In this document: positions 23,906 through 35,757 of the stretch, piece after piece
Numbering within the stretch: the stretch's first letter is position 1
Layout of the letters: every line of letters begins with the position of its first letter
DNA from: Hemiscyllium ocellatum
Taxonomy: Eukaryota
Direction of reading: 5' to 3'
Assembly (NCBI RefSeq): GCF_020745735.1
Contig: NC_083435.1
Location: forward strand, 13,485,201-13,549,200
Length of the DNA: 64,000 bases
Made by a program: the position numbers and the translations under genes
Notes under the pieces: model-generated
Told to the model about the DNA's origin: nothing
What the model saw: only the letters and a program-made list of their open reading frames with translations
The model's database searches: none

Positions 23906-23940
23906 GACGGAGAGAGGGAGAGAGAGAGAGAGAGAGAGAG
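23906..23940 (+). repeat. (GA)n microsatellite
   Basis: Direct reading; shorter (GA)n at 23319..23335, (TC)n at 15587..15610, (CA)n at 42486..42502. Confidence 0.9.
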
Positions 23941-24814
23941 ATCATGGTATAAGAATCAGGAAAAATGGGTTGTTGGGAATCAATATAAATATCGATTTAG
24001 TTAAAACACTCCAGTGGCGAAGTATTGGCAACAGCTCAGGTTAAAATAGACATTTCCCAACAACTTCGTCAGACAGGTAGAACAGGTGGGTTGCGATCTC
24101 AGGTGTAAAGGTACAACTGCTCGACATGAGTCGCTAACGTGTTCATCGTGTCAACGATGTGTTGCTGTCACTTCACTGAGATGGGTTTAGCCCCCCCCCC
24201 CCCCCTTTATTGGTGTTTATGAGGATCCTGTTTTGCTTAGCCATGTCAAAACAAAATGTGGTCTTTAATCAGTTCCGCTGCACAGAGATATTGAAACCTG
24301 TGTGCGTTTTCAATATTAGTTGTTCAACATAGAGGAGAAGTGTCCCCCGTAAAGAGCAAGTCAACTTGGGAACATATTCTTTCACAACCAGATTCACTCT
24401 GTTCAAATGGTGGGTACAATTGTAAAGTCAGTGCACTAGTGTCAGGGGCCCAAATTTGTCCATTACTCTGTGGCTTCTAAGTCCAACCAAAGAAAGAATG
24501 CATTGAACACCAATCTCAATAATGAATCAATGGTCCACAATACATTCCTCTATCTTTACCTGGCCCAACACATGATCCCAGAATAAGGCTGTTCCAGTGC
24601 AGAAGAAGGTCAATCTGCCCATGGTCCTTTCTCCCTGATTCTCCAAATGAAAACCATGATTTAGTGCTATCCTTCCCAAGTAAACCTGCACATTATTTCT
24701 GTTGATATAATCATCAAATAGATCCCTTGAACGCCTTGATTGAATCTGCCTCCACCCCATGTCCAGGCAGTGCAAACCGGACCCAAAACATGCACTACCT
24801 GAAAAAAAAACTTC

Positions 24815-25770
24815 TTTTGTTTGACTGGGTGACCATAAGAAGTATAGTTAGCAAGTTTGCAGATGACACCAAAATTGGAGGTGTAGCGGACAGCGAAGAA
24901 GGTTACCTCAGATTACAACGGGATCTTGATCAAATGGTCCAAAGGGTGAGAAGTGGCAGATGGAGTTACAGTTAGATAAATGCGAGGTGCTGCATTTTGG
25001 GAAAGCATAGCTTAGCAGGACTTATACACTTAATGGTAAGGTCATGGGGAGTGTTGCTGAACAAAGAGACCTTGGAGTGCAGGTTCATCGCTCATTGAAA
25101 GTAGAATCGCAGGTAGATAGGATAGTGAAGCAGGTGTTTGGTACGCTTTCCTTTATCAGTCAGAGTATTGAGTACAGGAGTTAGGAGAACATGTTGCGGC
25201 TGCATAGGACATTGGTTAGGCCACTGTTGGAATATTGTTTGCAATTGCGGGTCTCCTTCCTATTATAAGGACGTTGCAAATCTTGAAAGGGTTCAGAAAA
25301 GATTTACAAGGATGTTGCCAGAGTTGAAGGAGTTGAGCTATAGGGAGAGGTTGAATAGGCTGAGGCTGTTTTCACTGTAGTGTTGGAGGCTGAGGGATGA
25401 CCTTATAGATGTTTGTAAAATCATGAGGGGCACGGATAGGATAAATTGACAAAGTCTCTTCCTTGGGGTGGGGGAGACCAGAACTAGAGAGCATTTGTTT
25501 AGGGTGAGAGGGGCAAGATATAAAAGAAACCTAAGAGGCAACTTTTCATGCAGGGGGTGGTACATGTATGGAATGAGCTGCCAGAGGAAGTGGTGGAGGC
25601 TGGTACAATTACAACATTTAAAAGGCATTTGAATGGGTATACGGTTTGGAGAGATATGGATCGGGTGCTGGCAGGTGGGACTAGATTGAACTGGGGCATC
25701 TGATTGGCAGGGATGATTTGGACCGAAGGGTCTGTTTCCGTGCTGTACCTCCTTCTGGCTCTATGACTTT
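24815..25770 (+). mobile_element. CR1 LINE 3' half
   Basis: [31 protein letters not shown]. Confidence 0.9.
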
Positions 25771-26564
25771 ATAACTGACCGGTGATATGTTCCAGAAATT
25801 ACAGATGAGCCTTGTCAATTAATTTGTAAAAAGAGGTTAATGTTAATAGTACATTTGTGCAAGTGAATAACCTTTATGGTTTGTTTTTGTAACATGTGAT
25901 TGTTCAGCAACATTTGCAGGGACCCGAGGTACACGCTGGAGAGCACCCAACTCCTCCCCCACTCCCACAGCATACCTCCCCCCCCCCCAAGCCACCTCCC
26001 CCAACACGCACTCACACACATACACACAAATGTGATAAATTACTAAGTCATTATTCTTTGGTGTTTGGGGTTTGAAAACATGCCAGGACATAAGGACACA
26101 AACGATCTTGGCTCTTCTTCAAAAGCATACTGGTGGATATTTATGTCTATACAAAGTGCCAAACTGAGCAGCAATTTAAAATATAATTCTAAAGAGAATA
26201 TCCATGGTTATGCAACACTGAGCAACTTCAAGTCTCAGAAGTGGCACACTGCATCCAGAACTGTCAGACTCAGAGGTGAGTTTGCAACCCACTGAAGCGT
26301 GAGCAAACTCTGTAGTGTTGGAAATTTTCACTTGTGAGTGCATGGACAACTTCAGGCTTTAAAAAGTTTAAAGTTTAAAAAGATACTTTGTGTCCTACTT
26401 TAATGGAAGCAGGAAAAGCTGAGTTGATGTTAAGAATTCTGTGCACTTTGGTGCACAGAGAAGTGAAATCTTTCAGAATGCACTCAAAATAATGAATAGG
26501 GAAGTCATACATAAAGAAACTTGAAGATTAAATTGTGTAGTCATCTAGAAATGGAAACATACTT

Positions 26565-26960
26565 GCTTTCTTGGTGACCTTATAGATGTTTATAAAATTA
26601 TGAGAGGCATAGATAAGATGAATAGCAAAGGCCTTTTACCTATGGTAGGAAAGTTAAAGACTAGAGGATATATCTTTAAGGTGGAAGGAGAAAGATCTAA
26701 ATAAGACTTGAGGGGCAACCTTTTCACACAATGGTCGTTTGCATACGGAATGAACTGCCTGAGGAAGTGGTAGATGCAGGCACAGTTACACCATTTAAAA
26801 GACATTTTCAACAGGTATGTGAATGTGAAAGATTTATAAGGATATCAGCCAAACTCACGCAAATGGGACTAATATCATTTGAAAACCTTGGTCAGCATAG
26901 ACGAGTTGGACTGAATAGTCTCTATCCATGCTGTATGAATATATGAGTCTATGACATGCT
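26565..26960 (+). mobile_element. CR1 3' fragment
   Basis: GGTGACCTTATAGATGTTTATAAAATTATGAGAGGC.. CR1 tail. Confidence 0.8.
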
Positions 26961-27331
26961 GTAATCCAATCTCCCTCCAGTGATTCCACATCAATTTACA
27001 GTCATCATAGAAGTTAAAGGTGAAATCTAAATCTGAAATGTATTCTTAATCTAGAACCGTAAATGTGCAATTGACAAGTTGATGGAGGAGCTGGTTAGGT
27101 AACTAATGAATTTCAGTCAGGTGAAGGGTGAGGTGACACTTCAGTTGTAACAACATACAGTGATAATGCAAACAATATAGAGTAAAACTCTTAAGGAATT
27201 ATAGGAATAAAGAGACTTATGTATATGTGCATAAGGTAAAAACAATGACTGCAGATGCTGGAAACCAGAATCTAGATTAGAATGGTGCTGGAGAAGCACA
27301 GCAGTTCACGCAGCATCCGAAGAGCAATAAA

Positions 27332-27366
27332 ATCGACGTTTTGGGCAAAAGCCCTTCATCAGGAAT
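27332..27366 (-). ncRNA. Degenerate hammerhead motif of the Neptune-type element
   Basis: AUUC-CUGAUGA-A-GGGC/UUUU/GCCC-AAAAC-GUC-GAU (G12 lost, consistent with CpG decay); other decayed copies at 14578..14612 and 31057..31091. Confidence 0.55.
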
Positions 27367-30081
27367 ACAGGCAGAGAGCCTGAAGGGTGGAGAGATAAAT
27401 GAGAGGAGGGTGGGGATGGGGAGAAAGTAGCATAGAGTACAATAGGTGAGTGGGGGCGAGAATGAAGGTGATAGGTCGGGGGTGTGTGAAGTGGATAGGT
27501 GGAAAAGAAGATAGGCAGGTAGGACAAGTCATGGGGACAGTGCTGAGGAGAGGTGGGGGAAAGAGAAATGAGGAAACAGTTGAAGTCCACATTGACGTCC
27601 TGGGGTTGAAGTGTTCCGAGGTGAAAGATGAGGCATTCTTCCTCCAGGTGTCTGGTGGTGAGGGAGCAGCAGTGAAGGAGGCCCAGGACCTCCATGTCCT
27701 CGGCAGAGTGGGAGGGGGAGTTGAAATTTTGGGCCACTGGGCAGTGTGGTTGATTGGTGTGGGTGCCCCAGAGATGTTCCTTAAAGTGCTCTGCTAGGAG
27801 GCATTCAGTGTCCCCAATGCAGAGGAGACCGCATTGGGAGCAACGGATACAATAAATGATGTGGATGTGCAGGTAAAACTTTGATAGATGTGGAAGGCTC
27901 CTTTAGGACCTTGGACGGAAGTGAGGGAGGAGGTGTGGGCACAGGTTTTGCAATTCCTGCAGTGGCAGGGGAAGGTGCCAGGATGGGAGGATGGGTTGTA
28001 AGGGACGTGGATCTGACCAGGTAGTCACGGAGGAAACGGTCTTTGCGGAAGGTGGAAAGGGGTGGGGAGGGAAATATATCCCTGGTGATGGGGTCCGTTT
28101 GGAAGTGGCGGAAATGTCAGCGGATGACTTAGTTTATGTGAAGGTTGGAAGGATGGAAGGTGAGCACCAGGGGCATTCTGTCCTTGTTACGGTTGGGGGG
28201 GGGGGGATCTGAGGGCGGAGGTGCAGGATGTGGATGAGATGCATTGGAGGGCATCTTTAACCACGTGGGAAGGGAAATTGCAGTCTCTAATGAAGGAGGC
28301 CATCTGATGTGTTCTGTGGTGGAACTGGTTCTCCTGGGAGCAGATACAGCAGAGGCGGAGGAATTGGGAATTAGGGATTGCATTTTTGCAGGAGGTAGGG
28401 AGGGATGAGGTGCAATCCAGATAGCTGTGGGAGTCGGTCGGTTTATAAAAATTGGCGGAGTCAAATTGGTCATCGTTAATGGAGATGCAGTCATCAATGT
28501 AGCAAGGAAGAGGTGGGGAGTGGTGCCGGTGTAATTACGGAAGATGGACTGTTCTATGTAGCCAACAAAGAGACAGGCATAGCTGGGGCCCATACGGGTG
28601 CCCATGGCTACCTCTTTGGTCTGGAGGAAGTGGGAGGATTTGAAGGAGAAATTGTTAAGGGTGAGGACCAGTTCGGCCAGACGAATGAGAGTGTCGGTGG
28701 AAGGATACTGCTGGGGACGTCGGGAGAGGAAGAAAGAGAGGGCTTGGACGCCCTGGTCATGGCGGATGGAGGTGTAGACGGATTGGATATCCATGGTGAA
28801 GATGGGGGCTGGGGAAACAAAGTCTTGAAGGAAGTGGAGGGTGTGGGTGGTGTCTCGAATGTATGTGGGGAGTTCCTGGACTCGGGGGATAGGACAGTGT
28901 CGAGGTAGGTCAAAATGTGTTCAGTGGGGCAGGAGCATGCTGAGACAATTGGTCGGCCAGGGTGGTCAGGCTTGTGGATCTTGGGAAGGAGATAGAACCG
29001 GCAGTGCGGGGTTCCCAGACTATGAGGTTGGAAGCTGTGGGTGGGAGATCGCCTGAGGTGATGAGGTTCTGTATGGTCTGGGAAATGATGGTTTGGTGAT
29101 GGGGCTGGAGTCATGGTCAAGGGGAAGTGTAGAGGTCAGTGCACCAGACTACCACTGTGCCCCCTTTATTACACCCACTTCCTCCAGACCAAAGGGGTAG
29201 CCATGGGCACCTGTATGGGCCCCAGCTATGCCTGTCTCTTTGATGGCTACATAGAACAGTCCATTTTCCATAATTACACCAGCACCACTCCCTACCTCTT
29301 CCTCCGCTACATTGATGACTGTATTGGTGCCACCTCGTGCTCCCGTGAGGAGATTGAGCAATTCATCAACTTCACCAACACATTCCACCCTGACCTTAAA
29401 TTTACCTGGACCATCTCTGACACCTCCCTCCCCTTCCTGGACCTCTCCATCTCCATTAATGATGATTGACTTGACACCAACATTTTTTACAAACCCACTG
29501 ACTCCCACAGCTACCTGGATTACAACTCTCCCCACCCTACCTCCTGCAAAAATGCCATCCCATATTCCAAATTCCTCCGCCTCTGCTGTATCTACTCCCA
29601 GGAGGACCAGTTCCACCACAGAATACACCAGACGGCCTCTTTCGTGAGAGACCGCAATTTCCCTTCCCACGTGGTTAAAGATGCCCTCCAACATATTTCC
29701 TCCACATCCCGCACCTCTGCCCTTAGACCCCACCTCTCCAACTGTAACAAGGACAGAATGCCCCTGGTGCTCACCTTCCGCCCTACAAATCTTCGCATAA
29801 ACCAAATCATCTGCTGATTTTTCCGTCACCTCCACCAGGGATATATTTCCCTCCCCACCCCTTTCCGCCTTCCGCAAAGACCATTCCCTCCTTGACTACC
29901 TGGTCAGGTCCACGGCCCCCCTACAACCCACCCTCCCATACTGGCACCTTCCCCTGCCACCGCAGGAATTGCAAAATCTGCACCCACACCTCCTCCCTCA
30001 CTTCCGTCCAAGGCCCTAAAGGAGCCTTCTACATCCATCAAAGTTTTGCCTGCACATCCACCAATATCATTTATTGTATCC

Positions 30082-30534
30082 AAAGTTTGTGAGAAGATTT
30101 GTAGCTCGGGTGTTCATTGTTGTGGCTCTGTTCGTCGAGCTGGGAATTTGTGTTGCAGACGTTTCGTCCCCTGTCTAGGAGACATCCTCAGTGCTTGGGA
30201 GCCTCCTGTGAAGCACTTCTGAGATGTTTCCTCCAGCATTCATAGTGATTTGTATCTGCCACTTCCAGACAACACTACAATTATAGGACAAGCCAAACAG
30301 AGAACAGCCAGGGAATTCCTAGAGGCATGGCATTCATCCACAGATTCAATCAATAAGCACATCGACCTGGACCCAATATACCGGCCCCTGCAGCGGACAG
30401 CTGGAACTGACAACCCATGGCAGCAGATTCAAACCACTACAAATGCCAGAGGAAACATCGCAGAAATGCTTCACAGGAGGCTCCCAAGCACTGAGGATGT
30501 CACCTAGACAGGGGACAAAAGGTCTGCAACACAA
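30082..30534. mobile_element. Poseidon-type Penelope inverted insertion nested in the Neptune GIY-YIG region, TSD ATTTATTGTATCC
   Basis: Minus arm 30082..~30265, plus arm ~30266..30534; direct repeats at 30069..30081 and 30535..30547. Confidence 0.92.
30155..30194 (-). ncRNA. Minimal type I hammerhead ribozyme motif (Penelope)
   Basis: GCA-CUGAGGA-U-GUCUCCU/AGAC/AGGGGAC-GAAAC-GUC-UGC; fully paired stem II, GUC triplet. Confidence 0.75.
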
Positions 30535-33423
30535 ATTTATTGTATCCGTTGCTCCCAATGTGGTCTCCTCTACAATGGGGAGACTGGCTACCTCCTAGCA
30601 GAGTGCTTTAGGGAACATCTCTGGGACACCCACACCAATCAACCACACCGCCCCATGGCCCAACATTTCAACTCCACCTTTCACTCTGTTGAGGACATGA
30701 AGGTCCTGGGCCTCCTTCACTGCCGCTCCCTCACCACCAGACGCCTGGAGGAAGAATGCCTCATCTTCCGCCTCAGAACACTTTGACCCAGGTCATCAAT
30801 GTGGACTTCATCAGTTTCCTCATTTCCTCATTTCCTCTTCCTCCACCTCCCCCCAGTTCCAAACCTCCAGCTCAACACTGTCCCCATGACTTGTCCCACC
30901 TGCCTATCTTCTTTTCCACCTATCCACTCCACACACCCTCCCCCTGACCTATCACCTTCATCCCCTCCCCCACTCACCTATTGTACTCTATGCTACTTTC
31001 TCCCCACCCCCATCCTCCTCTCATTTATCTCTCCACCCTTCAGGCTCTCTGCCTGTATTCCTGATGAAGAGCTTTTGCCTGAAACATAGATTTTACTGCT
31101 CCTCGGATGCTGCCTGAACTGCTGTGCTTTTTCAGCACCATTCTAATCTAGACTCTGTATATGTGCATACGTCGGGACAGGTGGAGAGAGTGCTAAATGA
31201 AGTATGCAGTATCTTAGGCTTTATTAAAAGGGGCATAGAGGACGTTATGCTGAACTTGTATAAGACACTTGTTAGACTTCAGTTCAAGTAATATATACAA
31301 TCCTGACTGCCCCACTACAGGGGAATGTCCAAGTAGAGGACCAAATATTCATGATCTTAAAACTTGGCTTGTTATGACATGATTTTTCACATTGCTTCTA
31401 ATGGTGTTGCACATCACTGAAACATGACAACCTATTTTTTGCCTTGTTACCATCTGCTACTGTGAATATTTTTTTTCCTGATTAAGTTTCCAAAACTATC
31501 CATGATTTTGATGAACTTGATTAAATTTCTTCTTAAATTTCACTGCTGAAGGTAAGAATCCAGACTTCTCCAGTCGCTCTGCATAAATGAAACCTCTCAT
31601 CCATGTCTGCAATTCCATCTCCTTCATGCTTCCTCTCTCTAAGGCCTTGCCAATCTTCTTAAAGTGTTTCATCCAAAATAGCACTTAAGGCTGAGCAGTG
31701 TACTACAAAAGTTTATCATAGCTTCTTTAATTTGTATTTTATGAGCTGATTTTCCATCCCATGCAGAGATGGAAGTGATGGGTTGGAGTGACGACCATGT
31801 GGGGTCAAGGAAAATACATTCAGATGGTTCCTTGATACATTGATTTCTCTGAAAGTTCCACAGCCTGTTCCAGTAGGCCTGGAAGCCTCTTCTTTCACTG
31901 AAAAGCCAGTAGGGTCTGTTTTCCAATGGAGAAGGGTAAGGTCTGCTATTGGAGTGGCCTGCTCACTGTCCAAAGAGATCACCCTATCTCGGCAGGTTAC
32001 TTTCTGAAGGCTGGCTGGGAACCAAGTGCTGCATGTCCCAACAAGAGCACTGCTGAGCCACCAGGACTCCCTTTGTTTGTGTTCCCCAACAAGAGTCATA
32101 GTGGACTCAAAATGTTAATTCTCTTTCACTCTGTACAGATACTATCGGAGCTGTTGAGTTTGTTCAGTACTTCTTTGATGCTTTGATTTTGTAAGTTGAG
32201 CAATAAGTTTTCAAACTGCTCTAACTCTCTTAGCTACTGCAACCCTTTTAAATCTTTGGTAAATACTGTCTTTCCACATTTTTCTTACCAAATATATCAA
32301 CTGATAAGGTTGATATATTTGGTAAGGTTTATCTTTTTGGAGCTAATGAACCCCTAGCCCTACACCCCTTAAAAGCTGAGATTGGTTGCATGGTAGGAAT
32401 TTAGAAGGGTACTTTACTTTTAATAGCACAAGATTCACACAAATATTTCCTTATTCACTCATGAGACGTGGGTGCCATTGGCTGGGCCACAATGTATTGC
32501 CCATCCTTGATTGTCCAGAGGTCAGTTAAGTGTCAATCACATTTCTCTGAGTCTGGAGTCACAGAGAGGTGACTCCAACTAAAGGTGACAGATTTTCTTC
32601 CCTAAAGGACATTAGTGAATCAGATGGATTTCATTTAAAAAAATCGGTAGGTGGCCACGTGGTCACTATTGGATCAGAATTTCCTTTTAGAAATTCTGGG
32701 ATTTTTCCACCATGAAATGGTTTATTTTGCTTTTTACCCATCAAAGTGGGAAGAGGTGCTTCTGTCAGATATTAAGCTCTACCAGTCTAAAAACACTACC
32801 ACCATGACCTATTTGTGTTGAATAATGAACATGTTGATGTTAACCAGCAAACAGCTCCAGTCTATCAGTTAAAGTCAATAGCAGGACCCAAACAACTCGC
32901 CAGTCGGTTGCATTTGATGATTTGTTAATGGTAATTTGATTATGGTAATTTGACAACTAGAAGTTACAGGACACTGAGTTTGTTAATGCATCACCCGTCG
33001 AGTGAGCACCAGTGAGACATTTGCTTTAAGTTCACAACACCTAGCTATTATTTGAAATGTGCATCTGTGGTGCACAACTAACAACAGAATGCGGTTTTCT
33101 GGTCAGTTGAATAGATTGGCTGACGCATGACAACCACGTGCTGTCGACTCCCTGCTGCTTATCTCGGTGAAAAGAAGGGAATTTAAAGAGATATTTGGCC
33201 AGAAAATTCTACTGCCACAGCAGTTTAGTATAGTATAGGATATACAGGATGAAATCAATGCGAACGTGCAGAAACTACAATGGTGGGGGTCGAGGACGGA
33301 TAGTGGAATGAACATTTTCCGTCCATTTTGCAGTCAATCACGTCACCGACAGAAGGAGTCATTTCTGCAATGCCTCCCTAATCAATTCTCGAGAAGAGTT
33401 GCCTCAGAAAGAATCTGATTCCC

Positions 33424-33433
33424 TTTCACTTTC
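33424..33433 (-). promoter_or_regulatory. ISRE/IRF-E motif
   Basis: TTTCACTTTC (GAAAGTGAAA on the minus strand) at the edge of a unique motif-rich block. Confidence 0.35.
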
Positions 33434-33469
33434 TTTATACCCTCGTTCAGTCGAAACTTAGACGAATCT

Positions 33470-33755
33470 GATTAGATTAGATTACTTACAGTGTGGAAAC
33501 AGGCCCAGCAAGTACACACCGACCCTCCGCAGAGCAACCCGCCCAGACCCATTCCCCAACATTTACCAGTTCACCTAACACTATGGGCAATTTAGCACGG
33601 CCAATTCACCTAAACTGCACAATTTTGGACAGTGGGAGGAAACCCCTGCAGACACGGGTAGAACGTGCAAACTCCACACAGACAGTTGCCTGAGGTGGGA
33701 ATTGAACCCGGATCTCTGGCGGCTGTGAGGTAACAGTGGTTGCCACCGTGCCGCC
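33470..33755 (-). mobile_element. HE1/V-SINE
   Basis: Reverse-complement head GGCGGCACGGTGGC, V-domain, (TAATC)n tail. Confidence 0.9.
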
Positions 33756-33954
33756 TTATACTCTTCCAACATTAATTATTGGTATTGTTTACATAGTCCT
33801 TTCATGAAATTTATGATAATTTGATGCAGCGTTTTTAAAAAATGTTTCCCCTTTCTTGTTAGTCGCTAGTGTGGTGTCTAAAAGGGCACCCATTCAATAA
33901 TATCTGTTTTTCATAATCGCTAAGTAACTGATGGCATCTGGCTAAGCTGGCAGA

Positions 33955-34690
33955 CAATGCAAACATAGGTTAAAGGAACAGGTAGCATTGAGGAGGCGAG
34001 GAGGTTGCAGAAGGATTTGGATAGGTTAGGAGAGTGGGCAAAGAAGTGGCAAATAGAGTTCAACGTTGGAAAGTGTGAGGTCATGCATTTTGGCAGGATG
34101 CATAGACTATTTTCTAAATGACGAGAAAATTCAGAAATCTGAAATGCAAAGAGACTTAGTTCTAATCTAGGATTCTCTCAAGGTAAATTTGCAGTTTGAG
34201 TCAGTAGAAAGGAAGGCAAATGCAATGATGGCATTTATTTTGAGAGGACTTGAATAAAAAAAAAGGAATGCACTTCTGAGGCTCGATAAGGCTGGGGTCA
34301 AGCCATACTTAGAGTACAGTATTGTGTGCAGTTTTGGGCCCCACTTCTCAGGAAGGATGCACTGGCCCTCAAGCATGTTGAGGGGAGGTTCATGAGAATA
34401 GTTCAGGAATGAAAAGGTTATCTTTGAGAAACTTTTGAGGACTCGAGGTTTGCACTCGATCAAGTTTAAAAAGATGGGTGGGGGGAGGGGTGGAGCGGGG
34501 GGGGGGAGGAGTGGAGTGGGGGATCGAACTGGAGTGGAGGGAAGATCTTTATAGAATGAAGATAAAGAAAAGCTTCTTCAACCAGAGTGGTGAATTTATG
34601 GAAATCATTGCCACAGAAGGAGGTGGAGGCCAGGTCATTGAGTATATTTAGAACTGAGAAAGACCGATTCTTGAGTATCAAAGTTACATG
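33955..34690 (+). mobile_element. Decayed CR1 3' fragment
   Basis: RT C-terminal and tail nucleotide signatures with stops. Confidence 0.8.
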
Positions 34691-34712
34691 GAGCAAACAG
34701 GAAAATGAAACC

Positions 34713-35012
34713 TTTAGAAACCCTACAATGTGGAAACAGTCCCTTCAGCCCAACAAATACACACAGACGCTCTGAGGTGTAACCCACCCAGGCCCATTCC
34801 CCATTTAACCCCTAACCCAACCGACACATCCCTGAACACTGTAGATAATTTAGCACAGCCAATTCACCCAAGCTGCGGGAGAGTGGAAATCGGAATATAC
34901 CCGCGCAGACACGGGGAGAGAATGTACAACCCCACATAGGCAGTCACCCGAGGCTGGAATCGAACCCTGATAGCGTGAAGTAACAGTGCTAACCACTGAG
35001 CCACCGTTCTGC
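34713..35012 (-). mobile_element. HE1/V-SINE
   Basis: Head, V-domain and tail recognisable on the minus strand. Confidence 0.8.
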
Positions 35013-35378
35013 TTATCAGCTAGGATTGAATGTCAGAGCAGTCTCGATGGGCCGAATGACCTAATTTCTGTTCCTATGTCTTATGGGTCTTCTGGTAACC
35101 CTGTTGCTACTTGTATCTGAGGAAAGGCAATGCCCAAAACATACGTTTTCCTTGATTTAAAGTCTATCCAAACTTTAACTTCCATTAATTGTCATTACAA
35201 TCAAGGCTATGTGTGGAAAATGGGACTAGTGTAGTTAACAATGTATTTTTGGTGGTAAAGACTCGATTGATCGAAGGACGATCCATCTATGCTGCATCTG
35301 TGAATCTCTAACTATTTCCCCCATTCAAAGTTTGTGAGAAGATTTGTAGCTCGGATGCTCGTTGTTGTGGTTCTGTTT

Positions 35379-35418
35379 GCAGACGTTTCGTCCCCTGTCT
35401 AGGTAACATCCTCAGTGC
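35379..35418 (-). ncRNA. Minimal type I hammerhead ribozyme motif (Penelope)
   Basis: GCA-CUGAGGA-U-GUUACCU/AGAC/AGGGGAC-GAAAC-GUC-UGC. Confidence 0.7.
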
Positions 35419-35717
35419 TTGGGAGCCTCCTACAAAGCGCTTCTGTGATCTTTCCTCCGGCATTTGTAGTGGTTTGAATCTGCCGCTTCCGGTTGTCAGT
35501 TCCAGCTGTCTGCTGCAGTGGTCGGTCAGGAGAACAGCCAGGGAATTCCTAGAGGCATGGCACTCATCCACAGATTCAATCTATAAGCACATCGACCTGG
35601 ACCCAATATACCGACCACTACAATGGACAGCAGGAACTAACAACCGGAAGCGGCAGATTGAAACTACTACAAATGCCGGAGGAAAGATCACAGAAGCGCT
35701 TCACAGGAGGCTCCCAA

Positions 35718-35757
35718 GCACTGAGGATGTCACGTAGACAGGGGACGAAACGTCTGC
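35718..35757 (+). ncRNA. Minimal type I hammerhead ribozyme motif (Penelope)
   Basis: GCA-CUGAGGA-U-GUCACGU/AGAC/AGGGGAC-GAAAC-GUC-UGC. Confidence 0.65.

Larger units (their letters stand above)
27234..31155. mobile_element. Neptune-type Penelope inverted dimer (minus arm 27234..~29135, plus arm ~29172..31155), 14-bp TSD TGTATATGTGCATA, inserted in a CR1 fragment
   Basis: RT ORFs on both strands (28129..28794 -, 29113..29469 + with FLRYIDD); direct repeats at 27220..27233 and 31156..31169. Confidence 0.92.

Noticed and set aside
25843-26091. ORF or possible upstream exon of gene A
   Set aside because: Spans low-complexity poly-C and CA tracts, has no recognisable domain and a weak donor
33127-33166. 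Leader candidate for gene B (MTTTCCRLPAAYL + phase-1 GTGAAA)
   Set aside because: Phase fits, but the peptide is short and not hydrophobic, and the donor is weak
34478-34525. G-rich tract as a functional G-quadruplex; also homopolymer C/G runs at about 10014, 18225, 23475, 24190, 25977, 28196 and 46850
   Set aside because: They lie within or next to decayed repeats, are typical slippage expansions and carry no functional evidence
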